A stretch of 64,000 bases of DNA, from positions 81,439 through 145,438 of the forward strand of contig DAQX01000008.1 of NCBI GenBank assembly GCA_002503055.1. Direction: 5' to 3'. Shown in pieces: positions 59,601 through 64,000 of this stretch; positions within the stretch are counted from its first letter, which is position 1; each line of letters begins with the position of its first letter. This DNA is from Euryarchaeota archaeon UBA86. Its GTDB lineage: Archaea > Thermoplasmatota > Poseidoniia > Poseidoniales > Thalassarchaeaceae. The notes beneath the pieces are model-generated. The model was not told the origin of the DNA, did no database searches, and worked only from the letters and a program-made list of their open reading frames with translations. Made by a program: the position numbers and the translations under genes.

Positions 59601-59885
59601 AGTAGAAATTACCAACGAGGCTAGGAAGACCCCTGCGAATACAGCGAGGACGCGTTCTCTGCTTCGCCACGAGCTCTTTGCTGCCATGACCAAATTATCA
59701 GGTAATGACATCAGTCGTGTTTTCATTGGGAGGTTGTCAACTCTCTCTATTTTCCCGCCACTTATGTCAATATTGAACAGCAAGAGGACACTGGAAATTA
59801 GTCTGAACGGCAAGGAGAGAATTAACTGGAACAATTCCAGAAGTGCCAGAAGCGTTCGACGCCTCCTTCGGCCCAGAAAACTCAT
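56619..59885 (-). CDS. Large (1088 aa) ABC permease with two FtsX-type domains and large extracytoplasmic domains (MacB/BceB/YtrF-like).
   Basis: Two 4-TM FtsX modules lie at about aa 430-560 and 940-1080. Each carries a LEQRKREI/LTQRKRELAIL.AIGAS motif. A basic N-terminus (RRRRR) is present. Confidence 0.75.
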   Translation of the reverse strand: MSFLGRRRRRTLLALLELFQLILSLPFRLISSVLLLFNIDISGGKIERVDNLPMKTRLMSLPDNLVMAAKSSWRSRERVLAVFAGVFLASLVISTVLAYGVGLSQAFLQYSLQEEIFDAKVDFSEGPGEDAEGRTNDSALWESLCDEFVQMDAFSDCGLVFGRQGVRVDGFFDEDFIVPQPLNVIEASGPTGNWENVSWDYPEALSSGPPINGDRTIRFYGDGIWDGELGERHSVRGQDSRIIYGSWPASAADAAANRSIVLPSQIASSAGVGVNDTISELNFTYITGYLTGVNLNDDFEDCQGEEYTWSAGERAYKFCRVTMTVRNLTIAAVYQEGGAGNPTLLFNPLMVTDAVLSEEQKTILMDNDHGYLGLAVDRSQLPTTSTADATKWLDNLKEQMEAGNYTSFGILVEYNDLISGTITFLNIFLGIIQIFDYILMIPIVVLSFSVLIYGLVLSLEQRKREISIHRVIGGTEGTLTGMIMLELAVTSMFAWFAGYSLALISVPLVLDAVGFMSFRSGGIDINPTLSLVTTIVIILLTVGLSLLFGRTRTRDFLRIEIDEGVRKVAETREPRTLLHFLSFGIGLLAYAESWIEGNGGWGSIGSEGLISNFIVEALLFLLGPFFLWIGGALVLGRIGAAGPRILTALLSWSPAVSDIRRGLRGSGSSESVNRLAVIMLLTLSIVTLAAVQGYTGTIVDERTTSAQTGSDLQVQFDSPVTEQQARNELMLAIQRSGDSDITDISSMTSVADIFTNPKSQNSLVRTWVLFDGHEDTLIWDTQTIPGDDIDAVVSEWSSGSFTAGSAAVDVFKDLEVGNTQTIEYTEYDFEIGADFEFIITTTVTESAIQYQGRHQWVPGLSSTEAEQAIVIGESTYRQLVGNATADAYTSTRWFFELCDQTDGDCADALRAVNAEITNGNGISAAQDWSTAHRENERNGGLIFGTPGLLSLQFIVASLASVASAFVFLSLVLTQRKRELAILQAIGASPNQVTRLVLFEILSILTVSMALGVFLGLAIAESFNGFFGVFGYIFQIFLGQSAPIDRDLVWPWFDLALVNASVLVAVLVALIYTTRKALQADLAVVLKGE

Positions 59886-60598
59886 TCTCCCAACCTCCCT
59901 TCTTCACCCCAAGCTGAACGGATGTCAGATGCTGCAGTGACTCCGTCTCGTAGCAGTAGCATTCTGTCTGCCATCGATGCTAGTGTTGGATCGTGGGTTA
60001 CCATTAGAACAGAAATTTGTTCTTCTTCACAGAGGCGTCGGAACAAATCTATGATTTCGAGACCGCTCTTTACATCCAGATTTCCAGTCGGTTCATCGGC
60101 TAGAATTAGAGGGCGTGAACCAGCGATTGCTCTAGCGATTGCGACTCTCTGCTGCTGACCTCCAGACAATTGATCGGGGATGAAGTTCAAGCGATCTGAT
60201 AAATCCACTTTGTCCAAGGCTTCTCTGGCCTGTTCTTCTGCCTCGGCGGATGGCACTCCGGCTAACTCCAAGGAGAAAATCACATTATCTAGAGCACTGA
60301 GTCTGTCAATCAAATGGAAATCTTGGAAAATCCAGCCAACTCCTCTTCTTCGGACTTCTACTACCCGATTCGGACTCTTTGTCCCGTAATTGAAACTCTC
60401 AAGCGATATTGAGCCGGAGTCGGCATCAAGAAGGCCACCGATGATATTGAGAAGGGTCGACTTACCGCATCCGGATGGCCCCATTAGAGCAACTAACTCT
60501 CCTGGCTTGATTTCCAAATCTATTCCTTTCAGAACCTCTAGCCTGTTCCTACCGGAACCAAATCCTTTGCACAAGTCGGAGACTTGGAGCACGGACAA
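59882..60598 (-). CDS. ABC transporter ATP-binding protein (MacB/LolD-type).
   Basis: Walker [24 protein letters not shown] and Walker [13 protein letters not shown] are present, with an H-loop (VTHD). Confidence 0.85.
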   Translation of the reverse strand: MSVLQVSDLCKGFGSGRNRLEVLKGIDLEIKPGELVALMGPSGCGKSTLLNIIGGLLDADSGSISLESFNYGTKSPNRVVEVRRRGVGWIFQDFHLIDRLSALDNVIFSLELAGVPSAEAEEQAREALDKVDLSDRLNFIPDQLSGGQQQRVAIARAIAGSRPLILADEPTGNLDVKSGLEIIDLFRRLCEEEQISVLMVTHDPTLASMADRMLLLRDGVTAASDIRSAWGEEGRLGE

Positions 60599-60647
60599 AG
60601 GGTGAACAAGTAACCTATAAACTACTGTTTGAGGAAAAATGGTTCGA

Positions 60648-61727
60648 TCAGTCTAAAATCGCTGCATAGGCCGCCGATAGAGCCTCTCCCTGAGTCTCCG
60701 GGCTGAGATTCTCTTTGACATATAGAATCAACGAGTCTTCCGGGATGCGTGGAACCTCTCCTGCCCTCTTCCATGCAGCATGAATTTTCGAAATCGCATT
60801 TGCCCATGCGGAGACATCATCTGCAGGCAATAGGCAATCCTCTGGAATTATCTCGTTGTGAGCAGGCAAATCGGCCGCTAGAACGGGACATCCTGCCGCC
60901 ATGGCCTCCACGGGCGGATATCCAAATCCTTCTGAGATGCTAGGGAATAGCAATGCTTCTGCGTGTTGTAAGGCTGCTACCAATTGTTCATCATCCAACT
61001 TTAGTTCGCTACCGATGTGTAGCATGTGAATATCTTCCGCAATTTCTTCCGGGAGGTTATCTAGAACTTCGCCGACGAAACCAAGTCTCTTCCTCGGCTC
61101 ATCGCTCCCTACTGTAACCAACATGCACTTACTTTCATCGTCGTAATCCGAGATTAGCTCTCGTGGGCGTGAGTTTTCTTCAGGGTCCCAATACTCAACA
61201 TCGACTTGATGTCGAACCAATGCGGTTGGCTTGCCCGGAAACAGTGATTCAACATCTCTACGGGTCATCTCTGAAATGCAGATGAGTAAATCAGCTCTAT
61301 CCAATCCCTGCCGTAATCTCTTGAGATCTCTTCGTCGAATCAATCCCGGGTTGTGCTCACCCACCTCGACAATGTCTTCACCTGCCTTAATTGAGCGTGG
61401 TTTTAGATGAAATAAATCATGCACAGTTACTACAACCGGAACCTTACACTGATGAGGAACAAGATGTGCCTGTTCTTGATCGGTGATGTGGAGAAGATCA
61501 GCATCGGACTGCTCGATTGCGCGGGCGACTAATCTGGGGTGACTGCTCCATCTCGAGTATAGACGACTCAGTGGAGATGTTCTGATTGTATGCTCTATTG
61601 TCCCTGTTCTAATCCATCCAGGGACTAGTGCTCTTTCGAGTATTGTCTCGACAGCAAAGTGTGCTCTACCCAACCCTGTGTTCTCGGGTAGGGCGCCTCC
61701 TCTGGCAAGCATAACCCGCCTGACCAT
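60648..61727 (-). CDS. GT4-family glycosyltransferase.
   Basis: EGFGYPPVEAMAAGCPV is the GT-B retaining GT4 EX7E region. Confidence 0.75.
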   Translation of the reverse strand: MVRRVMLARGGALPENTGLGRAHFAVETILERALVPGWIRTGTIEHTIRTSPLSRLYSRWSSHPRLVARAIEQSDADLLHITDQEQAHLVPHQCKVPVVVTVHDLFHLKPRSIKAGEDIVEVGEHNPGLIRRRDLKRLRQGLDRADLLICISEMTRRDVESLFPGKPTALVRHQVDVEYWDPEENSRPRELISDYDDESKCMLVTVGSDEPRKRLGFVGEVLDNLPEEIAEDIHMLHIGSELKLDDEQLVAALQHAEALLFPSISEGFGYPPVEAMAAGCPVLAADLPAHNEIIPEDCLLPADDVSAWANAISKIHAAWKRAGEVPRIPEDSLILYVKENLSPETQGEALSAAYAAILD

Positions 61728-61777
61728 GTGGCCACCAAGGCGTATCGGACTTAAACGAGGGCGGGAGATGGGTCAAC

Positions 61778-63016
61778 ATGGAGGGAAATCGCGAGCAGGC
61801 TGGTCAAGGCCGCAGATTGCTCGTCGCCAAGGGTAGTTTCGAGGCGTTAGGAGGAGCTGAGAGAGATTTAATCCGTAATCTACCGGCCCTCTCTGAGGCT
61901 TTCGAAGTCACAGTTGCTACACTCGCTCCAGTACCTGAATTGGAGGGTGTGTGCTCTGAATTAGGCGTGGCTCTATTGTATCCTGAGAAAACTTGGGAGA
62001 TGCCAGTTGACTCGATTTCTAGGATACTAGACAGTGGGGCCAGTAGCGCAACAAAGGCATGGAAGTCATGTTCGAGTCTCGAGGATACGATAGGTGACTG
62101 CGAAGCTGTCCATCTAGTCAGTGGAGATGGCAGTCTGGAATTACTGGATATGATTCCTCAAGAGACTGTTGTACACTTCCATCTACTAGAGCCGCACCGA
62201 GGCTTGCATGAGGATGTCCTCCACATGGAAATCGATGGAAGTCCAAAACGCAGCCTCAGACTAACACATGGACTACTAACCAAGGCTAGGAATGCAGACT
62301 TGAGAGCAGTCAGAAAACTGGCTGAAAGGCCGAGGTCTGCCATCAGCGGTAACTCGAATTTTACTGCATCTAGGATAGTGGACATATACGGTGTAGATGC
62401 TGGTGTTCTACATCCTAGTGTAGTAACTGATGAGTTTCCTGAACTAGCAAGTGCGAATGAGACAATGCCTAACTCCTTCTCTGGAGATTATGTGGTAAGC
62501 GTCGGTAGAGCCAGTTGGGTTAAGGGAACTTGGGAGACTATCTCTATGCTTGGAGGTACTAATCTGATTCTTGCACATGTCGGAGGCGGAGACAAGGATG
62601 ATCTGAACAGATTGTCCTCGCATGCACGCAACTGCGGCGTTGAACTCTGGATTGCTCCGAGGCTGAGTTCCAACGAGATGGCTGCTTTGATGCGTGGAGC
62701 CAGGGCTGTGGTCAGCATGGCCCATGGAGAGCCATTCGGATTAACACCCATCGAGGCATTCTCAGTTGGGACTCCTGCATTGTTCGTGGACGAGGGAGGA
62801 TTCAGAGATTCGATAGTAGACGGTAAAAACGGACGATTGCTCGCTCGTGATGATATCGAAGGATGGCATTCTAATTTGGAGATGGTGAAGGATTCGACTG
62901 TTCGGGAACAGTGGTCTAAGGCCGGGAAGGAATGGATTTCGGAGCTGGGACTTAGTCCTGAAAACCACTGCAGTAGACTGTTGAGAATCTTAGATTCAAT
63001 TCATAATGATGAATGA
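61778..63016 (+). CDS. GT4-family glycosyltransferase.
   Basis: EPFGLTPIEAFSVGTPALF, followed by ...GFRDSIVDGKNG, is present. Confidence 0.7.
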   Translation: MEGNREQAGQGRRLLVAKGSFEALGGAERDLIRNLPALSEAFEVTVATLAPVPELEGVCSELGVALLYPEKTWEMPVDSISRILDSGASSATKAWKSCSSLEDTIGDCEAVHLVSGDGSLELLDMIPQETVVHFHLLEPHRGLHEDVLHMEIDGSPKRSLRLTHGLLTKARNADLRAVRKLAERPRSAISGNSNFTASRIVDIYGVDAGVLHPSVVTDEFPELASANETMPNSFSGDYVVSVGRASWVKGTWETISMLGGTNLILAHVGGGDKDDLNRLSSHARNCGVELWIAPRLSSNEMAALMRGARAVVSMAHGEPFGLTPIEAFSVGTPALFVDEGGFRDSIVDGKNGRLLARDDIEGWHSNLEMVKDSTVREQWSKAGKEWISELGLSPENHCSRLLRILDSIHNDE

Positions 63017-63061
63017 ACATGTTCGGAATCTATTGAAATAACAAGTATCTGAGCGCATCTC

Positions 63062-63871
63062 ATGGACGATATGCCCAGTTCAACAACAGAAACTACCTCT
63101 AAGGCTGCCTTGACGGTGGGATTACTGCTCTTCGCTTCAGTAATTCTCGGAGCCGGGGCCCTAGGTGATGACGGTGGTCCGAACTCCACTGACAGAGATG
63201 ATCGTGAACCTACTGATGATACTCGCGAAGATGAACGTGCTAACGATAACATGGATCTAGAAATCGATAGATTAGGTACTGCATGCGAATCCGGAGAAGA
63301 AGAGGCTTGTAATCGGCTTGAGATGATGCGAACAGATGGAGGCGACCGAGGAGAAGATAGGGGTGAGATGGAAGTCCGTGATTTGGGCCGTGAGCGAGGT
63401 CCAGAAGGAATGGATCGTGACCATAGAAACAGTATGGGAGTAGATCCAGAGATTCTAGTTGAGATGGCAGAAATATGGTGTCACAACCATGTATATTCGA
63501 CATTCTGGGAGAATGCAGGAGATGTTCACGAGGGTGAAGAAGGATTTGAAATTGTCACCTATGATGAGAATGACAACATGGAAACGACATTCATCAGCCA
63601 CGATGCAATGTCTCAGTTACTGATGGGTCTTGAGCCTCTAGTGGAGTCCTGTACTGACATGATGTTGAGGCAAATGGGGGTGCCCATTCATCACGACGAG
63701 CATGAGGATGATTGGGACGAATACGAGTGGTGTGAAGAACACCCCGAATCTGATGACTGCGAATGGATAGAAGATGAGTGGGATGAAGATGATGAGTCGG
63801 ACGAAGAGGACGAAGATACCCCTTGTAACACACCTGATTGTGACGACGAGTCAGACGAGAATCAAGATTGA
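63062..63871 (+). CDS. Highly acidic (Asp/Glu-rich) secreted or anchored protein with scattered Cys and His.
   Basis: An N-terminal hydrophobic segment (LTVGLLLFASVILGAGAL) is followed by more than 35% D/E. A cluster of C-H-W residues is present. Confidence 0.45.
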   Translation: MDDMPSSTTETTSKAALTVGLLLFASVILGAGALGDDGGPNSTDRDDREPTDDTREDERANDNMDLEIDRLGTACESGEEEACNRLEMMRTDGGDRGEDRGEMEVRDLGRERGPEGMDRDHRNSMGVDPEILVEMAEIWCHNHVYSTFWENAGDVHEGEEGFEIVTYDENDNMETTFISHDAMSQLLMGLEPLVESCTDMMLRQMGVPIHHDEHEDDWDEYEWCEEHPESDDCEWIEDEWDEDDESDEEDEDTPCNTPDCDDESDENQD

Positions 63872-64000
63872 TCTGTCTCTATTCTCTCAGGCTGGGGCCC
63901 GAGTCTCAACACTGCGAATAGGGATCCTATTCCAATCAGCATAAGCACAATGGAAACAATCGGATTCAGCACTGTGGCTGTATCCGAAGGTAGCCAAATT
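63862..64000 (-). CDS. 3' end of a minus-strand membrane-protein gene that continues beyond the window.
   Basis: The open frame reads ...IWLPSDTATVLNPIVSIVLMLIGIGSLFAVLRLGPQPERIETDQS and stops at 63862-63864. Confidence 0.25.
   Translation of the reverse strand, partial: IWLPSDTATVLNPIVSIVLMLIGIGSLFAVLRLGPQPERIETDQS

Noticed and set aside
1-64000. CRISPR arrays, IS elements and rRNA genes.
   Set aside because: There are no regularly spaced direct repeats, no transposase or integrase-like ORFs, and no rRNA-like stretches. The only tandem DNA repeats are the coding repeats at 5073-5126 and 16785-18060.

Overview
This is a gene-dense window of about 92% coding sequence and roughly 48% GC, and it looks archaeal. 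Informational genes are clearly archaeal: RadA, RNA polymerase subunit Rpo6/RpoK, a Hel308-type helicase, Taw1 (radical-SAM wyosine enzyme), an archaeal-type initiator tRNA-Met and tRNA-Gln(CUG) with encoded CCA, and a candidate KEOPS Cgi121. They sit among many bacterial-like metabolic genes: thiolase, tryptophan 2,3-dioxygenase, AlkB-type hydroxylase, oligoribonuclease, MsrA, IMPDH, M3/M28/S8 peptidases, an MFS transporter and heme A synthesis genes ctaA-ctaB. Several giant Asp-rich surface proteins carry TSP3, MopE, PKD or beta-helix repeats and C-terminal TM anchors. This mix is typical of marine heterotrophic Euryarchaeota of the MGII/Poseidoniales type, though that assignment is an inference. 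I found no rRNA, CRISPR array, transposase, integrase or prophage. The most unusual loci are listed here.

- A wHTH / NB-ARC-like STAND NTPase / TPR protein sits between a tandem pair of stand-alone RAM-domain genes and a lone uvrC.
- A membrane-anchored retropepsin-like (DTGA) protease has a DUF3592-like inter-TM domain and an RGG-repeat tail. It lies just upstream of an alpha/beta hydrolase and an Rqc2/NFACT homolog.
- A NUDIX–MBL fusion protein.
- A kexin-like S8 protease with a P-domain and a modular TSP3/MopE repeat array.
- An ABC export locus with two distinct ATPases (one with a C-terminal Cys4 zinc ribbon) and a 1088-aa double-FtsX permease, next to two GT4 glycosyltransferases and an acidic secreted protein.
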